36,658 nucleotides of DNA, taken from contig PLZG01000022.1 in the NCBI GenBank assembly GCA_003152075.1, positions 40,151-76,808 of the forward strand, given 5' to 3'. The stretch comes from a candidate division FCPU426 bacterium (lineage in GTDB: Bacteria; Oederibacteriota; Muellerivitia; Muellerivitales; Muellerivitaceae). Under the pieces are notes generated by a model. It made no database searches. It saw only the letters and a program-made list of their open reading frames with translations, and was not told the origin of the DNA. The position numbers were made by a program, and so were the translations under genes. How positions within the stretch are numbered: the stretch's first letter is position 1; the number at the start of each line of letters is the position of its first letter. Below, in pieces: positions 8,128 through 16,292 of the stretch.

Positions 8128-9561
8128 TTAGTCTTCCACACCCTCCGAGAGCCGTTCCATGATGTCGTAAAGCTCGGCCAGGGGCATTTCCTTATCCTGG
8201 CGGGTGGAAAGCTGGCGGACTTTATAAGACTTTGGCCCGGGTTTGAAATCGGTGATGGCATAGTCAATACCGTTGGCTTGAGCGGTTTCCATCTGCTTTT
8301 TGAAGTCCTTCTTTTCCAAACAAGCTTCCACTTGGATACCTTCTGAGCGCAATTGCTCGGCCAAGGCCATGATGTCCTTTTCAGACTGCCCATTGTTGGC
8401 GATAAAAACCCGGGGGTAAATAGTCTGGGAAGCCGACTTTTCTTTTTCCACCAAAAGCAACATGATGCGCTCGAATCCCAATGAAATTCCTACCGCAGGC
8501 GTGCCCTTAGGCCCACCCAGTTTTTCAATCAACCCGTCATACCGTCCCCCTCCGCCAATGGAGAAGGAAAATTCTTTGTCTTCCACGTTGATCTCGAAAA
8601 CCAGCCCGGTGTAATAGTCAAAACCCCTGACGAGGAGTGGATCGAAAACGATTTGGGCATCCGGATTAACCGCGTGAATTCTTTGCCGGATGGATTTGAT
8701 ATTGAGCCATATCTTCTCGGCCTGGCCGATCTTGAAATGAACGGGATCAAGTTGTTTGTGCAGGGCGTTCTTGATGAATCCATCGACCTTGTTCAGGACC
8801 TCCATGGAATGGCCCAGGGCCTCGATCTCTTTCATGACCTGGTCGGGGGGCTGCTTGTCGAGCTTGTCGATGGCCACCGCAATCCCTGCCACCTGGTTAG
8901 CGTCCACCCCCATGCCGGTTAACAGGTCTGGAAGCAGCCGTTTGTCGCTGATCCGAATCTTGAATTTACCGACTCCCAGGGCCTTTAAGACCCGGTCGGT
9001 AGCCAGAAGCAACTCTACTTCGTAGGAATCGGAGGTCCCACCCACAATGTCGATATCGCATTGGTAGAACTCGCGGTAACGGCCTTTTTGGGGTCGGTCA
9101 GCCCTCCAGACAGGACCGATGTGATAACAACGAAATGGCTTAGGAAGGTTGTTGGAGTGGTTGGCGTAATAACGGGCCAACGGAACCGTGAGGTCGAAAC
9201 GAAGACCCATGTCGGATGAACTATTTTTAAGACGACTTATCCATTCATCAACAGATTCTTTGTTCTTATCGTCTTCTTCCGCAAAACCTTTTATATTTTT
9301 CCGGAAATAATTATGTGCCTCTATAGCCGCATTAGCGTAATCATCGCCACGTTTTTCAACTTTAAACATCAACTTCTCGTTCTCGCCACCGCCTTTACCT
9401 TGTAACACCTCAATGTTCTCCATGACAGGTGAATCAATGGGCTGAAAACCATAGAGTTGGTAATGGTGTTCAATTAGGCGGATAAGCTTTTGACGTAGGA
9501 GGGTTTCTTTGGGGAGCCAGTCTCGCATGCCCTTAGGCGGGCCGAATTTTGTGTTATCCAC
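8128..9561 (-). CDS. hisS: Histidine--tRNA ligase
   Basis: PKGMRD, LRFDLTVPLARY, WRADRPQKGRYREFYQCDID, RGFDYYTG, GGGRYDGL, GFERI. Start likely GTG at 9561 (ORF track runs to 9591). Confidence 0.96.
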   Translation of the reverse strand: MDNTKFGPPKGMRDWLPKETLLRQKLIRLIEHHYQLYGFQPIDSPVMENIEVLQGKGGGENEKLMFKVEKRGDDYANAAIEAHNYFRKNIKGFAEEDDKNKESVDEWISRLKNSSSDMGLRFDLTVPLARYYANHSNNLPKPFRCYHIGPVWRADRPQKGRYREFYQCDIDIVGGTSDSYEVELLLATDRVLKALGVGKFKIRISDKRLLPDLLTGMGVDANQVAGIAVAIDKLDKQPPDQVMKEIEALGHSMEVLNKVDGFIKNALHKQLDPVHFKIGQAEKIWLNIKSIRQRIHAVNPDAQIVFDPLLVRGFDYYTGLVFEINVEDKEFSFSIGGGGRYDGLIEKLGGPKGTPAVGISLGFERIMLLLVEKEKSASQTIYPRVFIANNGQSEKDIMALAEQLRSEGIQVEACLEKKDFKKQMETAQANGIDYAITDFKPGPKSYKVRQLSTRQDKEMPLAELYDIMERLSEGVED

Positions 9562-9600
9562 CGAGAACCCCTTAATAAGCAAATGCTTCAAATACTACGT

Positions 9601-9624
9601 GGGCGTCATAAATGCCACCCCTAC
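9601..9624 (-). repeat. GTAG-type REP-like palindrome
   Basis: Minus strand GTAG-GGGTGGCAT-TT-ATGACGCCC: GTAG tetranucleotide followed by an imperfect hairpin. Confidence 0.6.
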
Positions 9625-9733
9625 AACACCCCTCACCCTACCCATCTCTCCGAAGGCTCTCAAAGGGAAGACCCCCTATGAACCCTCAAAACCAAGGGAC
9701 GAGGATTTAGTCTTCGTGCCTTGCGATGACAAT

Positions 9734-9761
9734 CAAGAATTCAAAATTCATAATTCAAAAT
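9734..9761. repeat. Heptamer tandem array (TCAAAAT family)
   Basis: caagaat tcaaaat tcataat tcaaaat. Confidence 0.65.
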
Positions 9762-9766
9762 TGCCT

Positions 9767-12097
9767 TTATTGTACCTGCTGGTACTTTCCGCCCTGGATC
9801 TTCAAAATCGGCACCAGTTTTTCAGCCTCATTATGCCCGCCGAAACTTGTCTTGCCGCTAACCCCCTCGAAATCCTTGATGGCCAAAAGGCTGCTGTGGA
9901 TGTCATCCCGGGTGACGGCCGTTTCCGTGGCTTTTAACATCAAACGGGTCGCGTCAAAGGCCTGGGCCGCGTACCGGTCCGGCCTTTTGGCGAAGCGTTT
10001 CAGGTAATCATCAGTGAATTTTTTAATCAGGTCATTGGAGCTATCGACGTAGAAACCCGACACGAAATAGGAACCTTCCAAATCTTTGGCCCCTTCCTTC
10101 AAAACAATTTCATTTTCCCAGGACTGAGCGCCCAAGAAAACGGGGTTCAAATCGTCGAAATGAATTTGGGAGACAATTGATGGAATCTCCACCGCGTGCG
10201 CCGGAAGGTAAAGACCCTGGTAATTCGAGGCCATTCGGATGAGCGCTGGGGGCTTTAAGGGATTGTAGGGAATCTTGCTTTGGTAAACCTTCACAAATTG
10301 GTTCTTCTTGGCGTCCATTTGGAAAGCCTCGAAATAAACCAAAAAATCCCAAGTGGGGTGGGCGCTCCAATCGTTTGGCGGGTTCGTTTCAATCACCCTC
10401 CCCGTGACAATCAGGGAAGCTTGAATGTCCTGGGCTATATCCCCCCATTGCTCAGCGCTAACCGCCAATGTGGTACCCTTGAATTCCACGGGCAAACGGC
10501 CCATTGCCTGTTGAATCAAGTCATCGCTCCTGAGGATGTAATCGGTTTGGGTTTTGAGGGATTCCTTAACGGCATCGTTAACGTTTTTCACAATCGAGGG
10601 ACAAGTCGTATTGGTTAGCCCTTCCACCAATGGGACAAACGCCATGGTAGGGATTACGACCGAAACCCCCGCCGCGCTTGTCGAGGCTCCGGAGACTTCC
10701 TTGGCCTTCAGCAAAATTTTGCCCACTTCTTTTTTCAAGTTGTATTTGAGTTCCTCAATGCGGCGATTATTCTCCCTCTCAATTTCCTTGAGAATCTCGG
10801 GGTCCTGGCCACCAATGGAAACCAATTGGCTCTTGAAATCCGTGGAGTTGGGAGGATAAGTGACGGAAGAGGTTACGGTGGCCCCCATGGATTGCACGGT
10901 TTTCTGGAATTCATTGGAAAGGGTCTGGCCGTAATCGTCCTCGGGCGCCAGAATGGCGAACCGTTTGAAACCCAGTTTCTCCACCGCGTATCGGGCGATG
11001 GACTGGCCCTGCATCTCGTTGGTCATCCCGTTCCCCATGACATAGGGACTGATGGTAAAAAGCTCATTTCCCACAGCAGAAGGCACCAACAAAACAATCC
11101 GTTGTTGATTGGCCTGAGGGGCTAACTCGGCCGTTTCGGCGTCCCGGAAGGGGCCAATGATAGCGTCCAGGTTTCCATCCTTGGTAAGTTCCTGATAAAC
11201 CTTTAAAGCCTGCACCGGATCACCCATGGTGTCACGTACCATTACGGACATCTGCTTGCGGGTTCCCCCTGAGGGGCTGGCCTGCTCAAGCGCCAGGCTG
11301 ATTCCATTCCAAATCGATTCCCCATAACTTTTAAAGCGGCCCGTTTTAGGCAACAGCACCCCGATCTTCCAGCTTTTGCCCTGCTGTTGGTTTTGGAGTT
11401 GTTGAAGAAGCAACTGGGCGGCCCCTGCGGAAGGGTTATCGGGGCATTGCTGGGTAAAGGTGTTTAAATGCTCAATGGCCTCGCTTTGCATTGCCGCCTG
11501 GGTCTCACGGCTTCCCAATTGGAACAGGGCGAAGCAATTCATGGGTGAGTCAGGGTAATTGGAAACGTAGCGTTTCAAATCCTCCAGGCCCATGGAATAG
11601 GTCAGCATGAATTCCATCATTTGGCGGCTTTGAACCACATAGGGGGATTTGGGATATTTTTGCATAACCGTCTGGAAGGCCGCTAAAGCGGGAAGGTAAT
11701 CTTTTTTGTCGTTATAAATCTGGCCTACCATGTACTGGGACTTGTCCAACTGGGACGCGGCGTTTGGAACTTGCAGGATCTTCTGGAAAGTTTTCAACGC
11801 TTCGGCCAAATTGTCATGGTTGTATTGGTATTGGGCTACGATGTAGTGGGAAATGAGATTGTGATGGTCCGCGGCCGCGGTCCCGATGGCCGCCAAGGCA
11901 GACTGGTAGTCCTGGTTGGTTACGTCTTCATGAACATTCACCAAGGCGGGAATTTTAGGGCCCGCGGAGGGGGTGGGAGAGGCTTGGGAAGTTGTCGGCT
12001 GGGGTTTCGTGGCCGATTCTTCGGGCCTGATGGTCGCCCGACCCCCGCAACCAGCTGTCAGAAGAGCCAAAACTAAAAAGGTTGATCGAAATTTCAT
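9767..12097 (-). CDS. TPR-containing lipoprotein with type-1 periplasmic-binding fold (LpoA/LppC-like putative PBP activator)
   Basis: Lipobox LTAGC; TPR-like helices ending in YPKSP/YPDSP; KIGVLLPKTG...AIIGP...AAQAFDA...FEGVSG periplasmic-binding fold. Confidence 0.75.
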   Translation of the reverse strand: MKFRSTFLVLALLTAGCGGRATIRPEESATKPQPTTSQASPTPSAGPKIPALVNVHEDVTNQDYQSALAAIGTAAADHHNLISHYIVAQYQYNHDNLAEALKTFQKILQVPNAASQLDKSQYMVGQIYNDKKDYLPALAAFQTVMQKYPKSPYVVQSRQMMEFMLTYSMGLEDLKRYVSNYPDSPMNCFALFQLGSRETQAAMQSEAIEHLNTFTQQCPDNPSAGAAQLLLQQLQNQQQGKSWKIGVLLPKTGRFKSYGESIWNGISLALEQASPSGGTRKQMSVMVRDTMGDPVQALKVYQELTKDGNLDAIIGPFRDAETAELAPQANQQRIVLLVPSAVGNELFTISPYVMGNGMTNEMQGQSIARYAVEKLGFKRFAILAPEDDYGQTLSNEFQKTVQSMGATVTSSVTYPPNSTDFKSQLVSIGGQDPEILKEIERENNRRIEELKYNLKKEVGKILLKAKEVSGASTSAAGVSVVIPTMAFVPLVEGLTNTTCPSIVKNVNDAVKESLKTQTDYILRSDDLIQQAMGRLPVEFKGTTLAVSAEQWGDIAQDIQASLIVTGRVIETNPPNDWSAHPTWDFLVYFEAFQMDAKKNQFVKVYQSKIPYNPLKPPALIRMASNYQGLYLPAHAVEIPSIVSQIHFDDLNPVFLGAQSWENEIVLKEGAKDLEGSYFVSGFYVDSSNDLIKKFTDDYLKRFAKRPDRYAAQAFDATRLMLKATETAVTRDDIHSSLLAIKDFEGVSGKTSFGGHNEAEKLVPILKIQGGKYQQVQ

Positions 12098-13152
12098 TTA
12101 ATCCCCGATTGAAGAATTTCCAGCATTTCCCCGTCCAATGGTCCCGTTTGGCCATTAGCCGTTTTGGAATAAATCCCAAAATCCAGCCACTTGTAATTCC
12201 AGTAAGCCCAACCAGTTTTCATCTCAGAAAAGAGGCTGACCACATCCCTCGTCCAATTCAGGCGGGCTTCCCTGGGGGCCTGGTCGTAAACCCCAAACTC
12301 CCCGCAATAAAGGCCATACCCTTCCTTGGCCAACCGGCGTACGGGGCTCAACAATTCTCTCAAGGCTTCCCTATTCCAAACCCGGTTCTCGAATTCCAAT
12401 GTTTCCCGTGTCATCGTCGGCAGATTCCTGGCAAGATACTCAGCCGTCTTTGGGACAGCTCCGGGATAGGCAACCGTTTCTTTATAACCTTCCCCGCCCT
12501 GCCACCAAGGGGCCTTTTGATGGGTCACCAACATGGGAAGGTAAAAATGAAAACTGTAAACCAAGTTCGGCCCCTGAACCGCTTGGGCCAAATCCTCCAG
12601 TTTAAGGACCGAACCCCAATAGGTCGATTCCACCATGATCACCCGAAGCCGGTCCTCGGCTTGGATGGCCTTACAAACTTTCACGGCCACCCTGTTCCAA
12701 TCGGCGGCATGGCTTGCCGTTGGCTCGTTTAAGATATCAAACCAAAGAGGAGCGTCCATTCCCTTCAGGGCATGGGCCAATTCAACCCAAAGGCCGCAAA
12801 AAGAGTCTAAATCTTCGTCGTTTTTCCACAAATTATCAAGTTCGGGTTTGGCGAAGGAATGCCAGGGAACCTGGTGCAAATCTAAAACCGTTAAGAGTTT
12901 CGCGTCCCTTGCCCAACCCAAAACCTCTTTGAGGAAAGCCAACCTTTTTGGCGAAAGCTTCCCCCGCCCGGCTTTTTCGAATAACCAGGGCCCATCCACA
13001 GGCAAGCGAATGGAGTTAAAACCCCACTTGGAAATCGTTTCGAAATCGCTCTTCTTGATGAAATTCTCAATGTGCTTATCGGACAGGTCGGATTGGGAAA
13101 GCCAGCCGCCCAAGTTGAAACCAACGGGGCGAACTAGAATCGGAGAGATCAT
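12094..13152 (-). CDS. Glycoside hydrolase family 5, cytoplasmic
   Basis: GFNLGGWLSQ, GFNSIRLPVD, LDLH, NEP acid/base, SFHFY, CGEFG nucleophile, WAYWNY; no signal peptide. Confidence 0.9.
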   Translation of the reverse strand: MISPILVRPVGFNLGGWLSQSDLSDKHIENFIKKSDFETISKWGFNSIRLPVDGPWLFEKAGRGKLSPKRLAFLKEVLGWARDAKLLTVLDLHQVPWHSFAKPELDNLWKNDEDLDSFCGLWVELAHALKGMDAPLWFDILNEPTASHAADWNRVAVKVCKAIQAEDRLRVIMVESTYWGSVLKLEDLAQAVQGPNLVYSFHFYLPMLVTHQKAPWWQGGEGYKETVAYPGAVPKTAEYLARNLPTMTRETLEFENRVWNREALRELLSPVRRLAKEGYGLYCGEFGVYDQAPREARLNWTRDVVSLFSEMKTGWAYWNYKWLDFGIYSKTANGQTGPLDGEMLEILQSGIK

Positions 13153-13170
13153 GGAATTCCCTGTCGCGAA

Positions 13171-13620
13171 TTAAATGCCCGTGTGTCCAAAGCCGCCCGC
13201 GCCCCGGATGGTCTCTTCCACCTTCTCCACTTGGACAATTTTGGCATGGGCCACGGGGGAGATTAATAGCTGGGCGATCCGATCGCCTCTTTTCAAGGTA
13301 ACGGTTTCCTGGCCAAGGTTGATAACCAGTACCTTCACCTCGCCACGGTAATCCGAATCGATGGTTCCTGGGGCGTTAGTCAGGGTTAACCCCTGTTTCA
13401 TCGCCAATCCGCTGCGCGGTCTCACACACCCCTCAAACCCTGGCGGGATCTCCATTTTGAGCCCCGTCGGAATAATCCCCCGCTCCCCCGGTTTTAATAG
13501 GACTGGTTCGCCCAAGGAGGCTTTTAAATCCAATCCCGCAGCCCCTTCCGTTGCATAAGTAGGTAAACCCAAATCGTCATTGCCTGGCAAGAGTTCTATT
13601 TTCAATAAGGGTTTTTCCAT
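13171..13620 (-). CDS. dut: dUTP diphosphatase
   Basis: AAGLDL, RPRSGLA, NAPGTIDSDYRGE, RIAQL, RGAGGFGHTG motifs. Confidence 0.98.
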   Translation of the reverse strand: MEKPLLKIELLPGNDDLGLPTYATEGAAGLDLKASLGEPVLLKPGERGIIPTGLKMEIPPGFEGCVRPRSGLAMKQGLTLTNAPGTIDSDYRGEVKVLVINLGQETVTLKRGDRIAQLLISPVAHAKIVQVEKVEETIRGAGGFGHTGI

Positions 13621-13689
13621 GATTTATCCAAAAAAAGTTTTATAGCCAGGCCGAATGGCGCCGGAAAAATATTATTCTAAAAATTATTG

Positions 13690-13717
13690 AGAAAATTAAA
13701 AATCAAGAATTCAAAAC
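13690..13717. repeat. Heptamer tandem array (TCAAAAT family) overlapping the stop of the 536-aa gene
   Basis: agaaaat taaaaat caagaat tcaaaac. Confidence 0.55.
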
Positions 13718-15313
13718 TTTATTGTTTTTTTCAACGTGGGCGGCTTCCCGAATCTTATCTTCCATATCAACAAAGGTTTTCGGAGGGAAGCAAAAGAAAG
13801 GATATTCCCGAAAACCCAGCACATTCCTGGTTTCCTTCAACTTGCCGATATCCAGGAGGCCCTGTTCCAGGATTCGAATAGCCTCTGTATAACCCTCATA
13901 GAGGGCGAAGTTAAGTTCCTTTATTTTATAGGCCGCTTGGGTTTTCTGATTTGGATCCTGTAACGCCCCAAGCCACTTCACTTTGGAATCAGCTAAATTC
14001 TTTAAAAAGGCGTTACTCAAGTACTCCTTGAATTTCGGTTGCATGAAAAGGGGCAGTTCCTTTTGCCAGGCTTCGGATTTCGTAAAAAGGTACTCGGGAT
14101 TTTTGGCCAGGGCCCTTCCCCACCACTCGATTTTTTCCTCATGGGAAAGGATTTTTTCCATGGCCCGGCTTTCCTCCGGATCTACCAAGTAAGTGGCCGA
14201 AACGACCCCATAGGCTAAGGGGTTCATCTTGAACACCTTGGTAAACAACAGGTCCCCCACTTCCTCATAAGTCGACCCGCCGACGCCATGGATGAAAAAA
14301 TCACAAAGGTACATGCGGCAGAAAAGGGTTTGGGGAATGGCCTTGGGCCAGAGGGAAAGAGCCAAAGTACCTATCTCCCCGGTAAGCTCATCAAAATTCA
14401 AGCTAAAGGACTCGCCGCCCTTAGTTTTGATCATCATGTGCTTACCTTCTTTTTTAGCCATGAGGGAATGGCGCTGGTGATATTTGGTCGCCCCCCAGAA
14501 AGGTATCTCAAACCACCAATTTTCGAATTTGAGGTTCGGCATGGGGGTGAGGTCATGGGTAATCCCGTGTTTCTTTCGGTACTCATCCAGGGATTTGTTG
14601 TAGCTTTCCGTCATCTCGGGCAGGTTCGTAAGCCATTGGGCGACAAATTGGAGGAAGGGCTCGGAAGCCCAAAGCTTGCTCCCAATAAGAATGGTTCGGC
14701 TGGTGCCGCAAATTTCGTCCAACATCTTAATCGTGTGGATATGGACATCGTTCCAAGTGGGGGTTTTCCCAACACCCTTCATCACTTTTTCGCTGAAGTC
14801 ACTCAGGAGGGGTTTGATCTTTTCAGGGCAATAGACCTGGCCGTCGGCGAATATTTTCTCAAGGGCCTTGGCCTCGGGCGCTGGCAGGAAGGCGTAAGGG
14901 GTCACCCTCTCCTGTTGTTTCATGTCCTTGGACGAATAAAATTCCAATATCTTTTTCCGGGCCTTGCCGTTTTCCTCCACTTCCGGAAGGTAATGCAAAA
15001 ATTCCGGAACCAGAGCTGTGTCGGTGATTTTATGGCAAGCCGTGCCCGAAATGGACTCAGCCAGGATACTGGCGGAGAGGCACTTGGCCCATACTCCAGG
15101 ATGGAAAAAGATAGGTTGGTGGCCTGAGAGAACAAGGGGTTGTTCAGTGGGTAGTTTGAGGAACTCCCGGACCTTATGGGCGGTTTGGCCCCACAAAGTT
15201 TGTTTAACCAGCCTTTCCCGGTTGCGAAGGGCATCTTCCTTCCACTGGACAAGGGGCGGTTCAAAGTAAAATTCACCGTGGTGCTTCGGTATTTTGTCCG
15301 TGATGTCAGCCAT
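13703..15313 (-). CDS. Uncharacterised protein, putative HIGH-superfamily Rossmann ligase (BshC-like)
   Basis: Long ORF with GAGG SD; SGHQPIFFHPGVWAK near the N-terminus, DFFIHGVGGSTY mid-protein, helical C-terminal region ending REYPFF. Function inferred from motif resemblance only. Confidence 0.55.
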   Translation of the reverse strand: MADITDKIPKHHGEFYFEPPLVQWKEDALRNRERLVKQTLWGQTAHKVREFLKLPTEQPLVLSGHQPIFFHPGVWAKCLSASILAESISGTACHKITDTALVPEFLHYLPEVEENGKARKKILEFYSSKDMKQQERVTPYAFLPAPEAKALEKIFADGQVYCPEKIKPLLSDFSEKVMKGVGKTPTWNDVHIHTIKMLDEICGTSRTILIGSKLWASEPFLQFVAQWLTNLPEMTESYNKSLDEYRKKHGITHDLTPMPNLKFENWWFEIPFWGATKYHQRHSLMAKKEGKHMMIKTKGGESFSLNFDELTGEIGTLALSLWPKAIPQTLFCRMYLCDFFIHGVGGSTYEEVGDLLFTKVFKMNPLAYGVVSATYLVDPEESRAMEKILSHEEKIEWWGRALAKNPEYLFTKSEAWQKELPLFMQPKFKEYLSNAFLKNLADSKVKWLGALQDPNQKTQAAYKIKELNFALYEGYTEAIRILEQGLLDIGKLKETRNVLGFREYPFFCFPPKTFVDMEDKIREAAHVEKNNKVLNS

Positions 15314-15330
15314 GAACCAAACCTCGAAAT

Positions 15331-15432
15331 TCAGGTGTCAGGTTTCAGCCAAAAAAACCGACATTAACTCTTTAACAAAAGAAATGGCGGTTGGTTTCAT
15401 TATAAGCCGAGAACTGATGTCTGATAGCTGCT
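15331..15432. repeat. Inverted heptamer arrays (TCAGGTG / CTGATAG family)
   Basis: tcaggtg tcaggtt tcagcca (15331-15351) facing agccgag aactgat gtctgat agctgct (15405-15432). Confidence 0.55.
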
Positions 15433-15433
15433 T

Positions 15434-16153
15434 TTATGCGGGCGAAAACGAGGAAGAAAGGCCAAGAATTTTAGATTCCCTTTCAATGACCCCCAAATAG
15501 TGATTTAAACGTTCATCCCTGTCCGCGAATTGGTTGTTGAAATTCCGGCTGTAATCCTTGTAGATCAAAGGAACGGCGATTTCGGTGATTTTCAGCCCGG
15601 CTTTGGCCGCCTGAAGCCAGAACTGAATAGGAAACCCATAATTGGTCTCGGTGAGATTTAGTTTTCTTAAGGCCTCGACCTGATAGCCCTTAAACCCGCA
15701 AAAGCTGTCGGTCAAGTTATATCCCGTCAGCAAGCGAAGCTTTTCCGTGATGACGCGGTTAACTTCCAACCGGTCTTGGGGGGGATGGTCGGTGGCCAAA
15801 AGCGGGTTCAGGTACCGGCTCCCGGAAACGATATCAAATTTGTCCAAATGCTCCAAAAAGCAGGGGACGAATCCGGGCTCATGCTGTTCGTCCGCGTCCA
15901 TGGTGACGCAAAAACGATAGTTGTTGGCCTTAACGAACTCGAATCCATCCATCAGGGATTTTCCATAACCCTCGTTTTGGGGATGGCGAATAATCGCCTT
16001 GACGGAAAGCCGCTCGAGAATGGAGGGAGTAGCGTCATCCGAACCATCGTCCACAATGACCACATCAGCGTTTTTATACTCGGAAAGCCGGGAAAGGATT
16101 TTTTCCAACGTGGGAGCTTCGTTATAAACGGGAACAATGATGGCGAAACGCAT
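15434..16153 (-). CDS. Glycosyltransferase family 2 (DPM1-like)
   Basis: IIVPVYNE, VDDGSDD, MDADEQH, GSRY, TDSFCGFK. Confidence 0.9.
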   Translation of the reverse strand: MRFAIIVPVYNEAPTLEKILSRLSEYKNADVVIVDDGSDDATPSILERLSVKAIIRHPQNEGYGKSLMDGFEFVKANNYRFCVTMDADEQHEPGFVPCFLEHLDKFDIVSGSRYLNPLLATDHPPQDRLEVNRVITEKLRLLTGYNLTDSFCGFKGYQVEALRKLNLTETNYGFPIQFWLQAAKAGLKITEIAVPLIYKDYSRNFNNQFADRDERLNHYLGVIERESKILGLSSSFSPA

Positions 16154-16176
16154 TTAAGGCTCCCAAAAAAGTTATA

Positions 16177-16291
16177 AGTCGGCAGTCGACGGTTTGTAGC
16201 AAGGCTTTCCAAATCTAGTAAGGGCATCTCAAAAAATCAACAGGGGAAAACCTGAGGTTAGTTATCGACCGTGGCCTGTTGACTGTCAGCT
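16177..16291. repeat. Inverted heptamer arrays (AGTCGAC family)
   Basis: agtcggc agtcgac ggtttgt (16177-16197) facing atcgacc gtggcct gttgact gtcagct (16264-16291). Confidence 0.6.
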
Positions 16292-16292
16292 A

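Noticed and set aside
9562-9766. T-box riboswitch upstream of hisS
   Set aside because: No T-box consensus (AAnnnGGGTGGnACC) or terminator/antiterminator pair seen on the minus strand; better explained by repeats.
14288-15127. 279-aa plus-strand ORF
   Set aside because: Antisense shadow of the 536-aa gene; no motifs.
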